Positions 20,826-30,026 of a DNA stretch of 64,000 bases are shown here, piece after piece. The notes beneath the pieces were generated by a model, which searched no databases, was not told the origin of the DNA, and saw only the letters and a program-made list of their open reading frames with translations. This stretch comes from Polyangiales bacterium (lineage in GTDB: Bacteria; Myxococcota_A; Polyangia; Polyangiales; Polyangiaceae). The position numbers were made by a program, and so were the translations under genes. The stretch covers positions 64,001 through 128,000 of the forward strand of contig JBBRLQ010000002.1 of NCBI GenBank assembly GCA_038231275.1. Direction: 5' to 3'. The first letter of the stretch is position 1. Every line of letters begins with the position of its first letter.

Positions 20826-21754
20826 AGGATCAGCTTGCCGGTGACGAGCGCGGCGTTCTGGTCGTGCAGGTACCAGTTGTAGGTCGTCATCGCGGTGAGC
20901 GTGCGCACGCTGTCCGCCGCGCCGGTGGCGAGCGGGTTGTTGGTGTTGCCGTGCGCGAATCCGTTTTTGCCGTCGGCGTGGATGATGTGCCCGGTCGAGT
21001 CCTTGTTCACGATCGTGAGCTTCACGGGCGCGCCGTGGATGATCGTCCCGGCGGCGGGGCCGAAGCCGGTGTTGTAGGGCGCGCCCGTCGTGCCCTTGTT
21101 CGACTCCGCGTCGGCCGGGATGTAGAGCGTGAGGTTCGAGGTCGCCGAGAAGGTCACGTTCGTCGTGATCGGCGTCACCGACGTCGCGGTCGCGGTGACC
21201 GTGAAGGGGACGTCGCCGATCTTCGAGGACTTCACCGTCAGCATCGCCGAGGCGGCCGCGCCTCCGGTGATCGTGAGCGACGTCTTGTCGAGCTTCGCGT
21301 CGAGCTCCGCGGGGGCGGTCAGCGTGAGGGTGACCGCGCCGGTGAACCCGTTCGCGGGCGCGACCGTCACGACCGTCGTCTGATCGGCGAGGAGATCGCC
21401 CTTCAACGCGACCGATCCGAGCGAGACCGTGACGGCAGGCGCGGCGGTGCCGCTGGAGCCGCTCGATCCGCTGGTTCCGCTCGTGCCGCTGCTGCTGCCT
21501 CCGCTGCTGCTGCCTCCGGAAGAAGAGGAGCCGCCGCCGCTGGAGGTCGATCCGCCGCCACTGGACGTCGACCCGCCGCTGGACGACGAGGCGCCGGAGT
21601 TGTTCCCGCTCGACGACGCGTTGCCGCCGTTCGAGTGCCACGTCGAGCTCGTGTTGTCGCTCGCGTCGCCGCACGCGACGGCGAACGAGCACGCGCCCGC
21701 GAGGAGCGCCACGAAGCCGACACGACCCAGGTTTCCAGCGTGCGTAAACGGCAT
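20816..21754 (-). CDS. Lipoprotein with Ser/Gly linker, Ig-like domain and cupredoxin-like C-terminus
   Basis: Lipobox AVAC; SSSGG repeats; NGFTGAVTL; NKDSTGHIIH...HG...WYLHD. Confidence 0.7.
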   Translation of the reverse strand: MPFTHAGNLGRVGFVALLAGACSFAVACGDASDNTSSTWHSNGGNASSSGNNSGASSSSGGSTSSGGGSTSSGGGSSSSGGSSSGGSSSGTSGTSGSSGSSGTAAPAVTVSLGSVALKGDLLADQTTVVTVAPANGFTGAVTLTLTAPAELDAKLDKTSLTITGGAAASAMLTVKSSKIGDVPFTVTATATSVTPITTNVTFSATSNLTLYIPADAESNKGTTGAPYNTGFGPAAGTIIHGAPVKLTIVNKDSTGHIIHADGKNGFAHGNTNNPLATGAADSVRTLTAMTTYNWYLHDQNAALVTGKLILQQ

Positions 21755-21947
21755 GACCGCAAACAAGTGCAAGCGAGGAGCCAAAGCGGGTCGCCGAGGC
21801 CGCTTGTCTCGAACGCGGAGACGCGCGCGTCACCGTTCCGCTGATAGGCGATAAATTGCCTATTTTTCGCGTCTCAACGACGTGGATCGCACATGCACCA
21901 TGCGCACGCGAACGGTGCGCGAGTGGACGAGCGCGCGACCGGGTGAG

Positions 21948-23282
21948 TCAGCTTCGATCCAGTTTTCGGGCTGCAGCCGCGAGCGCGAGGAGGAGCGCGA
22001 AGCCGATCGCCGATGCACCACCCCTACCCGTCGCGCCACACCCGCACGCGCGCTTGGCGGGGAGAGCCGCCCCGGCCGACGGCGCTTCGGTCGCCGCGTC
22101 CTTCGGTGGCGCGGCGTCGATCGCCATGGACGGCACGGCGCGAGGCGGCGCAACGACGGCCGCGCGGACCTCGCCCCAGAGCGAGGCGCACGTCGCCCCC
22201 GCGCCCGCCTCACACGCGAGCGGCCCCTTCACGTCGTCGAACGCCGCGAGCGGGCGAAACGTCGTCGCCGCGTCGGTCGAGACGGCGACTGCCCAGCCCC
22301 CGCGTGTGTACGGGTTCGAGCACGCAAAGACACGCGGGCCGTCGGCAAACATGCAGAGCACGCTCGTCTTGGACGCCGCCTCCCACGTCGCGCCGCGATC
22401 GCGCGAGCGGAACACCCCCTCGATCGGATCGCCCGCGCCGGCGAAATAGGACGCCCCGTCGACGGCGGCGGCGAAGCCGAACATCGAGCTCTTCGTCTTG
22501 AGCACGGAGACGAAGGTCTTGCCTCCGTCGGCGGACAAGAGGAGATCGGTCCCCGACTCGTTCGTGTGGCGAACGAACAGGCGATCGGGATCTTTCGGAT
22601 CGATCGCCGAGAGGAAGAGGCGGCCGTCCTTCTCGAGCTTCACGTCGAGCTCGTCGAGCGTCGCGCCGCCGTCGTCGGATCGGAACAGGTGCGCGCGCTT
22701 CCCTCCCCCGACCGGCGCCGCGGTCGCGTACACGCGCGTCGGCTTCGAAGGCGCGACGTCCACGGTGTCGAAGCTCACGCCGGTGACGCCGGCGCCGAGG
22801 CGTGCGAACGGCGCCTTCGCGTTCGGACGACGCCACACGAACGCGGGCTTACCGGGCGTCGACGTGACCACGACCACGCGGTCGCCGCCCGGCTCGGTCG
22901 TCAGATCGACGACGCTCTCTCCGGTGAGCTCCGGCACGCGAATCACGTCGCACCCGTCTTGCGTCGACGAGAGCCCGTCCGGAAGGCCGCTCCACAATCG
23001 CCCGTCGCGCGTCGCGGCGATGGGCGGGTCCCACGTGCCGGAGAAGCCCATCGCCTGCTCGCAGATCCAGCTCCACGTCGCGCCGGCGTCGCGCGAGACG
23101 AGCACGCCGAACGTGGCGCGCAGAAACACGGTCTTCCCGTCGCTGCCCGGCACCGTGACGATCTGCTGCGCCTTGGGAAAGCGACCGTTCGCGCGTGCCG
23201 GCATCGAGAAGAAGAGGAGGAAGCAGACGAGGAGCACGTGCTGCGCGAGCGCGGCGAACGTCGGACCGAGGCGAGGGCTCAC
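21948..23282 (-). CDS. BNR/Asp-box beta-propeller surface protein with MYXO-CTERM-like tail
   Basis: ANGRFP; repeated SxDxGxTW/F boxes; C-terminal ACGC + hydrophobic helix + basic residues. Confidence 0.82.
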   Translation of the reverse strand: MSPRLGPTFAALAQHVLLVCFLLFFSMPARANGRFPKAQQIVTVPGSDGKTVFLRATFGVLVSRDAGATWSWICEQAMGFSGTWDPPIAATRDGRLWSGLPDGLSSTQDGCDVIRVPELTGESVVDLTTEPGGDRVVVVTSTPGKPAFVWRRPNAKAPFARLGAGVTGVSFDTVDVAPSKPTRVYATAAPVGGGKRAHLFRSDDGGATLDELDVKLEKDGRLFLSAIDPKDPDRLFVRHTNESGTDLLLSADGGKTFVSVLKTKSSMFGFAAAVDGASYFAGAGDPIEGVFRSRDRGATWEAASKTSVLCMFADGPRVFACSNPYTRGGWAVAVSTDAATTFRPLAAFDDVKGPLACEAGAGATCASLWGEVRAAVVAPPRAVPSMAIDAAPPKDAATEAPSAGAALPAKRACGCGATGRGGASAIGFALLLALAAAARKLDRS

Positions 23283-23321
23283 GGTCTCTTTCTACCTCGG
23301 ACGGGATATGCTCGTCACCGG

Positions 23322-24519
23322 ATGACGGCAATGACGGCGATGACGGAGACGAGCCGTGCCGTGGCGTTCTTGCTCGCCTGCCTCGTTGCGCCGGCATGCA
23401 AGCGCCCCGCCGACCCCGGACCGCTCACCAAAGGCGAGAAGGTCGACGTCCCGCGCGCGCGCCGCGTACGTGACCAACAACGGCTCCGATTCGCTGAGCG
23501 TCCTCGATCGCGACGGCGATCGCGTGCAGACGATCTCCGTCGACGTCGATCCGAAGGCGCACGAGGCGCCACATCACCTCGCGATCGACGCCGCGTCGGG
23601 CGCGGTCTACGTCGCGCTCGCCTTCCCTGCCCCGCCCACGGCCTCGAAGGATCCGCACAAGGCGCACGGGAACGGCGACGATCCCGGGAAGCTCGCGTGG
23701 CTCGATTTGTCGACGCTCGCCGTGATCGCGACGCGCGACGTCGACGAGAACCCCGGCGACATCGTCCTGACGCACGATCGCACGCGTCTCCTCGTCACGC
23801 ACTACGACATGAAGCGCGCGATGGATGTCGCGATGGCCGGCGGCAACGCGGGGGCGATGGCGGCGACGCTGCAGGTCTGGGACGCGAAGACCAAGACCAA
23901 GCTCGCCGAGCGCGCGGTGTGCGTCGCCCCCCACGGCGTCGCGGTCACCGCCGACGATCGCACCGCGATGGTCGCGTGCTACGGCTCCGACGAGCTCGCG
24001 GTCGTCGATTTGTCGTCGCCTGGGCTCCCCACCGCGCGCTATCCGCTCGGCGCGCAGCAGGGCCTGCCGGGAGTCCCGCACTTCGGTCCTTACTCGGCCA
24101 CGCTCTCCCCCGACGGCGCGCGCGTCGTCGTCGCGAGCCTCGAGGGCGCCGACGTCCGTGTCTTCGATCGCGCGAAAAAAGCCTTTCTGCCCGAGCGAAC
24201 GATGACGTTGGGCGCGCGCGTGATGATGCCCGATTTCCTCGACGGGGCGACGCTCGTGGCGCCGCTGCAGGGTCCCGATGGCGTCGCACGCCTCGACGTG
24301 GAGACCGGCGCGGTCGTCGCGCGCGTTCCGTTCGGCGACACGGTCTGCCAAAACCCTCACGCGGCGCGGCGTGCGAAGGACGGGCGCGTGTACGTCGTCT
24401 GCGAAGGGGATCACAAAGCGCCGGGCGCCGTGGTGGAGATCGATCCTAAGTCTCTCGCCGTGAAGCGTCGCTGGGTCGTCGGTGTGTACCCCGACGGGAT
24501 CGCCTTCGCGGACGATTGA
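23322..24519 (+). pseudogene. YVTN/YncE-type beta-propeller lipoprotein split by a frameshift near 23452-23461
   Basis: Signal and lipobox (AFLLACLVAPAC) in one frame; AYVTNNGSDSLSV propeller in the +1 frame; junction lies in a (CG)5 tract. Confidence 0.65.
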
Positions 24520-24530
24520 AGAAGCCTCGG

Positions 24531-26087
24531 CTACAGATCCGTGCGGATTTTGCGACCGTGCACCGAGCCGGCGGGGGCCGTGGTGGGCGCGCTGCTTGGC
24601 GGCGGGGTCGCGGCGGTCTGGGGAGCCGACGTCGAGGGCGGAGCAACGGGTCGAGGTGTGCCTAGCGGACGCGGCGCGGGCGTCGCGGCTTTCGCCGTCC
24701 CCGAGGGGACGTCGGAGGGAACAGGGGACGACGCCACGACGGAAGGTGACGGGTCAGTGGTGTCGGGCGGCAGCGGTGTCGGCGTCGCGACCGTCGGTGG
24801 CGGCGTCACAGGCACGTCCACTTGCGTGGTCGGCAGCGACGGGCCCGCGGTGTTGGGCGTCGAACGAGCCTTGAGCGCGAGGACGACGCCACCCACGACG
24901 ACGAGCCCAAGGACGACCGCGACCAGGCCCGCGGGCGATCGCTTCTTCTCCGGGGATCGCTCGGCCGCCGAGGTCTGTCGGCTCGGAGACGACTGCGCGT
25001 CCACCGACGCGGCTACCGGTTCGACGCCCGCGACCAGCGTGCCGCCTTTGAAGGACGGTCGTCCTTTCCCCGCGTCGCTCTCGCTCCAGGCGGTCGGCGT
25101 GGTCTTGCCCTCGGTCGCCGCTTTGAGGCGCTCGCTCTGGGACGACGGGTTCACCGACACGACAACCTGTGACGCCGGCACCATTCGCCCGCTCGTCCGC
25201 ATCGTCCGCTCGAACGCGAGGCTCGGCCGCCCCTGCGCGCGGCCCCACTGCTCGATGGCGCCGCGCATCTCTTCGGCGCTCTGGTAGCGCGCCGTGGGAT
25301 CGCGCGACATCGCGCGCATCACGATCTCGACGAACGCCGGGTCGACGTCGGGGACGAGCGTCTCGAGCGGCGCGGGCGTCTCCAGCGCGATCTTGAAGAG
25401 GAGCTCGTGGAAATTCTCGCCGTCGAACGGCAAGGCGCCGGATACCGCGCGGTACAAGATGACGCCGAGCGCGTAGAGATCGGTCCTCTGATCGACCTCC
25501 TTGTTGTTCCCGCGCGCCTGCTCGGGCGACATGTAATGCGGCGTTCCCATCACGGCGCCGCTGCGGGTCATCATCTCGGGATCGTCGGGTAGCGAGGTGA
25601 ACTTGGAGACGCCGAAGTCGAGGATCTTCACGATCTCCCCCTTCGGCGTCCGCGCAAGGAAGACGTTCCCGGGCTTCAGGTCGCGGTGGATGATGCCGGC
25701 GCAGTGCATCGCGCCGAGCCCGTCGAGGAGCTGATGGGCGATGAGTGCTGCGTCGCTCGCGGTGAGGCGTCCCGCGCCGAGGCGCGCGCCGAGGCTCTCG
25801 CCCTCCAGGTACTCCATCACCATGAACGACTCGCCGTTCGGCAGATCGCCGAGGTCGAGCACGTCGACGATGTGCCCCGAGCCGATCTTCGCCGCCGCCT
25901 GCGCCTCGCGCTGGAAGCGCCGCAAGAGGTCGGTGTTGGCGACCGCCTCGGCGTGCATCACCTTGATGGCGACGCGCCGCCCGATGCGGAGGTTCTCGCC
26001 TTCGTAGACGGCCCCCATTCCCCCCTCGCCGATCATCCGAACGACGCGGTACTTGCCGTCGACGATTTGTCCGGGCGAAAGAGCCAT
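24531..26087 (-). CDS. Membrane-anchored Ser/Thr protein kinase
   Basis: GEGGMGAVY, VAIK, HRDLKPGN, DFG, GTPHYMSPE; TM helix then Pro/Thr-rich tail ending IRTDL. Confidence 0.96.
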   Translation of the reverse strand: MALSPGQIVDGKYRVVRMIGEGGMGAVYEGENLRIGRRVAIKVMHAEAVANTDLLRRFQREAQAAAKIGSGHIVDVLDLGDLPNGESFMVMEYLEGESLGARLGAGRLTASDAALIAHQLLDGLGAMHCAGIIHRDLKPGNVFLARTPKGEIVKILDFGVSKFTSLPDDPEMMTRSGAVMGTPHYMSPEQARGNNKEVDQRTDLYALGVILYRAVSGALPFDGENFHELLFKIALETPAPLETLVPDVDPAFVEIVMRAMSRDPTARYQSAEEMRGAIEQWGRAQGRPSLAFERTMRTSGRMVPASQVVVSVNPSSQSERLKAATEGKTTPTAWSESDAGKGRPSFKGGTLVAGVEPVAASVDAQSSPSRQTSAAERSPEKKRSPAGLVAVVLGLVVVGGVVLALKARSTPNTAGPSLPTTQVDVPVTPPPTVATPTPLPPDTTDPSPSVVASSPVPSDVPSGTAKAATPAPRPLGTPRPVAPPSTSAPQTAATPPPSSAPTTAPAGSVHGRKIRTDL

Positions 26088-26117
26088 TGTCCCTCTTACT
26101 TCGATATCACGATTCGA

Positions 26118-26978
26118 TCACGGGGGCCCGACGTCCTCGTGCGCCGGCGGTGAGGCCCCGTCGAACGTGAAGGCGAGTCCCTGCGCGGTCGCCGTCGCGG
26201 ACATTTTCCAGCCCAGATCGCCCGCATTTTTGGCCGGATCATCGAAGACGTTGTTCCCGTTCGCGTCGAGGTAGACGTACACGTCGTACGTCACCTCCGG
26301 GTCGATCACGCCGCCCACCGTTCCGTCGACGGCGCCGGCCGGCAACGCCGGAATGCGAAAGAGCGCGGCGGTGTGGCCCGACGTCGCGTCGGCGATGCGG
26401 ACCTGGAGGAATTTCCCCTGGAACGCGTCGAGGTTCACGAAATGCAGCGTCGCGCCGACGCCGGGATCCTTCGGCGGGTTCGGCGTTCCGGCGGGCCAGT
26501 CGTTGATCTCGGCGAACGACGTGTTGTGGTCGTAGACGATCGTGATGGTGTTCGGATCGTCGGAGGCGGTCGACACGAGCGGCTCGATCCGCCAGCCGTG
26601 ATCGTGATCGGCGGCCGCGGTGAGGCCGTCCCATCCGCCCGAGTGGTTCTTGTCCGCGTAGAAATCGAGCCGGTAGGGGCCGTTCACGCGGGGGACTGCC
26701 TTGGGCACGTGCACCGTCGTGTCCGGCGTCCCCATGACTTTGTAGGCGCCGCGCATCTGGACGATGTTGTTTCGATCGATGACGCGGAACTCGAACAGGT
26801 TCGTCGGGTGTGCGACGGCGCCGCGGAACGTGAACGAGAGATCCTGGTAGTCGCCGGTGCCGCCGGCGGCGCCGTGGAAGCGATCGAGGTTCGTCACGGC
26901 GAAGCACGACGAGGTCACGGCGCCCGCGAGTACAAGAAGGCCGAGGAGCGCGGAGGCGGCCAGGGGGCGGCGGCGCAT
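26118..26978 (-). CDS. Lipoprotein with two tandem beta-sandwich repeats
   Basis: Signal ending TSSC; YRLDFYADKNHSG...DHGW and YDVYVYLDANGNN...DLGW; start overlaps the upstream stop. Confidence 0.7.
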   Translation of the reverse strand: MRRRPLAASALLGLLVLAGAVTSSCFAVTNLDRFHGAAGGTGDYQDLSFTFRGAVAHPTNLFEFRVIDRNNIVQMRGAYKVMGTPDTTVHVPKAVPRVNGPYRLDFYADKNHSGGWDGLTAAADHDHGWRIEPLVSTASDDPNTITIVYDHNTSFAEINDWPAGTPNPPKDPGVGATLHFVNLDAFQGKFLQVRIADATSGHTAALFRIPALPAGAVDGTVGGVIDPEVTYDVYVYLDANGNNVFDDPAKNAGDLGWKMSATATAQGLAFTFDGASPPAHEDVGPP

Positions 26979-27931
26979 CAGAACCTCACCCGAAATCCGT
27001 CGGCGGCGGCCGCGGTCGCCTTGCTGCTGCCGCCGGACAAGAGGAGCCAGGTGAGACCACCCGCGGCCAGGATCCCGCCACCAATGAGCAGGAAATCGGT
27101 GGCGCGCACGAGGCCGCGCGCCGACGAGCGGTTGCCGTCGAGATCGTAGCTCGCGGGGCAGGTGTTGTTCGGGCACGCGGTCGCGATGTCGCCCGTCTTG
27201 CCGAGGGCGAGGATGCCGGTGATGGTGCCCGCGGCGAGGAGCGCGCCGCCGATGCCGACCGTGATCCACGCGCCGATCGGCGCCGGTCGCGACGCAGGCT
27301 CGCCAGGCGCCATGGAGATCGGCGCGGCTTGCTTCTTCTTCATGTCGAACACGCGCGACTCTCGCGAGCCGGCCTGCGCATCGAGCTCCCACACGGAGTC
27401 GTCGAACCCTTCGACCTTCACCGTGACGATATGGTGCCCTGGGCGGACGCCGATTTCGAGGCGGCCGCGCACCGGTCCGTAGGCGTTGGTGATGGGCCCG
27501 CCCTTCACGGGGACGCGGACGTCGGTGACGCGCGCCTCGATCTCGCTGACTTTGATCTCGAGCTTCGCGAGGCCGACTTGGAGCGTCTGCAGGTCGCGCG
27601 TGATCTGCACGCGCTCCTCGGCGTCGATGTCTTTCACGTCGCGGAGGTAGCGCGTGTACGCATCGATCGCCTCGGCGTCGCGCTCGAGGCGCATCGCGCA
27701 GTAGCCGATGTTGCCGAGGATCTTCGCCGACGCCGAGATGCCGTACGCGGCCTTGAACTCGCGATACGCGTCCTCGACGCGCTCGCCGTCCGGATCCTGG
27801 AGGAGGTTCACGCCGGCCTTGAAGTGGGCGCGCGCGTCGTCGCTGATCGGCGCGTCGTCACCACGGGCCGATCCGTGCACGAGCGCGCCACCGATCGCGA
27901 GCGCCAGAACCAGGGGGATGGATGCACGCAT
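26978..27931 (-). CDS. Secreted TPR + PEGA-like protein with C-terminal hydrophobic hairpin
   Basis: Signal; ARAHFKAG...AYREF..AY, NIGYC...AIDAY.RYL; PGHHIVTV; ends FRVRF. Confidence 0.8.
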   Translation of the reverse strand: MRASIPLVLALAIGGALVHGSARGDDAPISDDARAHFKAGVNLLQDPDGERVEDAYREFKAAYGISASAKILGNIGYCAMRLERDAEAIDAYTRYLRDVKDIDAEERVQITRDLQTLQVGLAKLEIKVSEIEARVTDVRVPVKGGPITNAYGPVRGRLEIGVRPGHHIVTVKVEGFDDSVWELDAQAGSRESRVFDMKKKQAAPISMAPGEPASRPAPIGAWITVGIGGALLAAGTITGILALGKTGDIATACPNNTCPASYDLDGNRSSARGLVRATDFLLIGGGILAAGGLTWLLLSGGSSKATAAAADGFRVRF

Positions 27932-27948
27932 CGGCGCGCATTATGCGC

Positions 27949-28791
27949 TCATTCGGCGGCGTCGGGGGCGTCTTTGCAGCAGCGAACGCCCATCTGCGGG
28001 CCTTCGTACATCTCGCCGTGGCCGGTCGTCGCCGCGCGGCAGTTGTTCTTGCCGGGGAGCCACCACGCGCCCTTCATCGTGGAGCGATCGACGATCCTCC
28101 CCGGACCGGGCTCCGCGTGCGCCAGCGCGTCCTGCGTCGCCCACTCCTCGACGTTGCCGCTCATCCCGTGGACGCCAAACGAGCTCAGGCACCGCGGATG
28201 CTCGCTCGCCGCCGCGCGCAGATCGTTGAGCCCGCCCTGCATCTTGCCGAGGTTCGTGCGATCGATGTTGCACGCCGTCGCGTCGCGAACGAACCCATAC
28301 GGGTATGGCCGCATCTCCTCCCCTTCGCACGCGAACTGCCACTCGCTCTCGAGACAAAGGCGCCGATCCTGCCCCTCGCAGATCGCCTTCGCGCTCGTAT
28401 ACGACTGGTTCGCGATCGGCAGCGAGTCCCCCGCCTTCACGTACTCGAACCGGTCGATGCAAAACCGCTTGCTCTCACGCTTCCCAGCGCACGTGGCCGG
28501 CTCGGCATACTCGGCGCAGCGGTAGTATTGATACGGCCCCGACGCATCGACCCACCGCTTGCAGATCTGCGTCGGAGTCGGGCAGTAGCTCCCCTCGACC
28601 AAGATCATCCCTTCCGGACACGTCACAGCGACCTCCGGAGTCGGAGTCGGAGTCGGAATCAGAGTCGGAGTCGGAGTCGGAATCAGAGTCGGCGTCGGCA
28701 GCGGAACCCCATCGGGCGCCGCCGCCCGCGTCCCGCACTCCGCCATCGAAAGCACCGACAGCCCAAAACAAACCCAAAGGCGAAGGCCCAC
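27949..28791 (-). CDS. Formylglycine-generating-enzyme (SUMF1)-fold protein, probable lipoprotein
   Basis: GTG after AGGAAGG; CPEGMILVEG, FCIDRFEY, RLCLESEWQFACEG, FGVHGMSGNVEEW, GVRCC. Confidence 0.88.
   Translation of the reverse strand: MGLRLWVCFGLSVLSMAECGTRAAAPDGVPLPTPTLIPTPTPTLIPTPTPTPEVAVTCPEGMILVEGSYCPTPTQICKRWVDASGPYQYYRCAEYAEPATCAGKRESKRFCIDRFEYVKAGDSLPIANQSYTSAKAICEGQDRRLCLESEWQFACEGEEMRPYPYGFVRDATACNIDRTNLGKMQGGLNDLRAAASEHPRCLSSFGVHGMSGNVEEWATQDALAHAEPGPGRIVDRSTMKGAWWLPGKNNCRAATTGHGEMYEGPQMGVRCCKDAPDAAE
28638..28699. repeat. Hexamer microsatellite (GGAGTC)n with variants, encoding a Pro-Thr linker
   Basis: About ten ggagtc/ggaatc/agagtc/ggcgtc units. Confidence 0.9.
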
Positions 28792-28885
28792 GCTGCACCT
28801 TCCTGACCCCAGAAGTGTGCCCCCCGCCGCCCACCAGAGCCAATTTTCCGACCCCGAGCTCAGCTGGCTCTTCTCTCCTCCCGCT

Positions 28886-28975
28886 GGGGGCCTGGGGGAG
28901 TGGCGCCACTCCCCCGGGCGTCCCTCACGTCCCCCGGACTCCGCCAGGAGCGGAGCGCCGACGAGGCGCGGAGTC
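28886..28975. repeat. Intergenic palindromic element (REP/MITE-like)
   Basis: Perfect 22-bp palindrome GGGGGAGTGGCGCCACTCCCCC (28894-28915) plus GACTCCGC...GCGGAGTC inverted repeat. Confidence 0.55.
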
Positions 28976-29005
28976 GACGCAGCGGTGCATTGCCCCCTGT
29001 GCCCC

Positions 29006-29050
29006 AAACAAAAAAGAGGCGCCGTCCCGGGGGATCAGCCGGGACGGCGC
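29006..29050 (-). terminator. Intrinsic terminator
   Basis: 12-bp stem GCGCCGTCCCGG/CCGGGACGGCGC followed by a T-run on the minus strand. Confidence 0.85.
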
Positions 29051-29110
29051 GTCAGAGAAGGAAGGCGAGGCAGTGTGGTGTGGGTCGAGGAGGAGAAGAA
29101 ACGCGGATGT

Positions 29111-29839
29111 TCAGTAGGTCGCGGCGCCGGTCGAGACCGGCAGGAAGAAGTTCGTGGCGAGGAGGGTCGTGGTGGGCTGCGCGTTGTGGTTCGACACGAG
29201 GGTGACGTCGTGGCCGAGGACGAGGAGGCCTTCGGCGCCGATCTTCATCTCGTCTTCGCCCTTCGCGGCGTCGTCCTTGGTGCCGACGCCGTCGAGCGAG
29301 ACGTCCTTGATGACGAGCTCCGCGTTCTTGGTCGTGTTGACGGCGACCTGGTTGTAACGGGGGCCGCTGCAATCGGCGCCCTGGATGCACATCTCGGTCT
29401 GAATGTGGAAGCTGACGACGTAGAGCTGGTCGATGTCCTGCGCGTCCGTCGCGCCGGCGCCCATCCAGACCTTCTCGGCGACGAGCATCGCGGACTTCGC
29501 GTCGATGTGGCCCTTGACGACGACGTGGCCGGCCTTGAACGCGTCGCCGACGCTGCTCTCGATGGCCGAGCCGAGGTGGAGGCCGCCGAAGTCGACGCCG
29601 AGGACGGCGCAGACGCTCGACTTCTTGCCGTTCACGCAGGTGGTGCTCTTCGCGTTGGCGAGGCGAACACCGACGCCGCCCGTGATGCCCGGGCCCATGC
29701 CCACGAAGTAGCCGCCCGCCTTCGCGCTGAGCGCGTCGTCGGTGGAGTCGGGACCCGTGGCGCCATCGGGCGAGCCCGAGCAGCCGACGGTCAGGGCGAA
29801 GAGCGAAGCAACCGAAGCAAGAGCGAGCGAGCGGAACAT
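29111..29839 (-). CDS. Lipoprotein, DUF6748-like (copy 1)
   Basis: Lipobox TVGC; GGVGVRLANAKSTTCVNG....CAVLGVDF; good SD upstream. Confidence 0.7.
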   Translation of the reverse strand: MFRSLALASVASLFALTVGCSGSPDGATGPDSTDDALSAKAGGYFVGMGPGITGGVGVRLANAKSTTCVNGKKSSVCAVLGVDFGGLHLGSAIESSVGDAFKAGHVVVKGHIDAKSAMLVAEKVWMGAGATDAQDIDQLYVVSFHIQTEMCIQGADCSGPRYNQVAVNTTKNAELVIKDVSLDGVGTKDDAAKGEDEMKIGAEGLLVLGHDVTLVSNHNAQPTTTLLATNFFLPVSTGAATY

Positions 29840-29882
29840 GATGGGCATTCCTTCTTTGGAGAGGAGTTCGTCGTTTCGCTCT

Positions 29883-29923
29883 CCTGACACCGCGTTGGTG
29901 ACCATGTCGCATAAAAACCTTCA
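29883..29923 (-). promoter_or_regulatory. Conserved upstream motif, copy 1 (TGAAGGT-TTT-TGCGACAT-N12-CGGTGTCAGG)
   Basis: Matches 30902-30942 at the same spacing. Confidence 0.6.
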
Positions 29924-29958
29924 CTCTTTATTTTCCTCCCACGCCGACGCCGACTCCG

Positions 29959-30001
29959 AACAAAAGAAGAGCGCCGTCCCGATCCGAGGACCGAGACGGC
30001 G
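29959..30001 (-). terminator. Intrinsic terminator, homologous to 29006-29050
   Basis: Minus-strand stem CGCCGTCTCGGTC/GATCGGGACGGCG with G-U pairs, followed by CTCTTCTTTT. Confidence 0.75.
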
Positions 30002-30026
30002 AAAGAGGAAGAGTCGAGAAGCGAGC

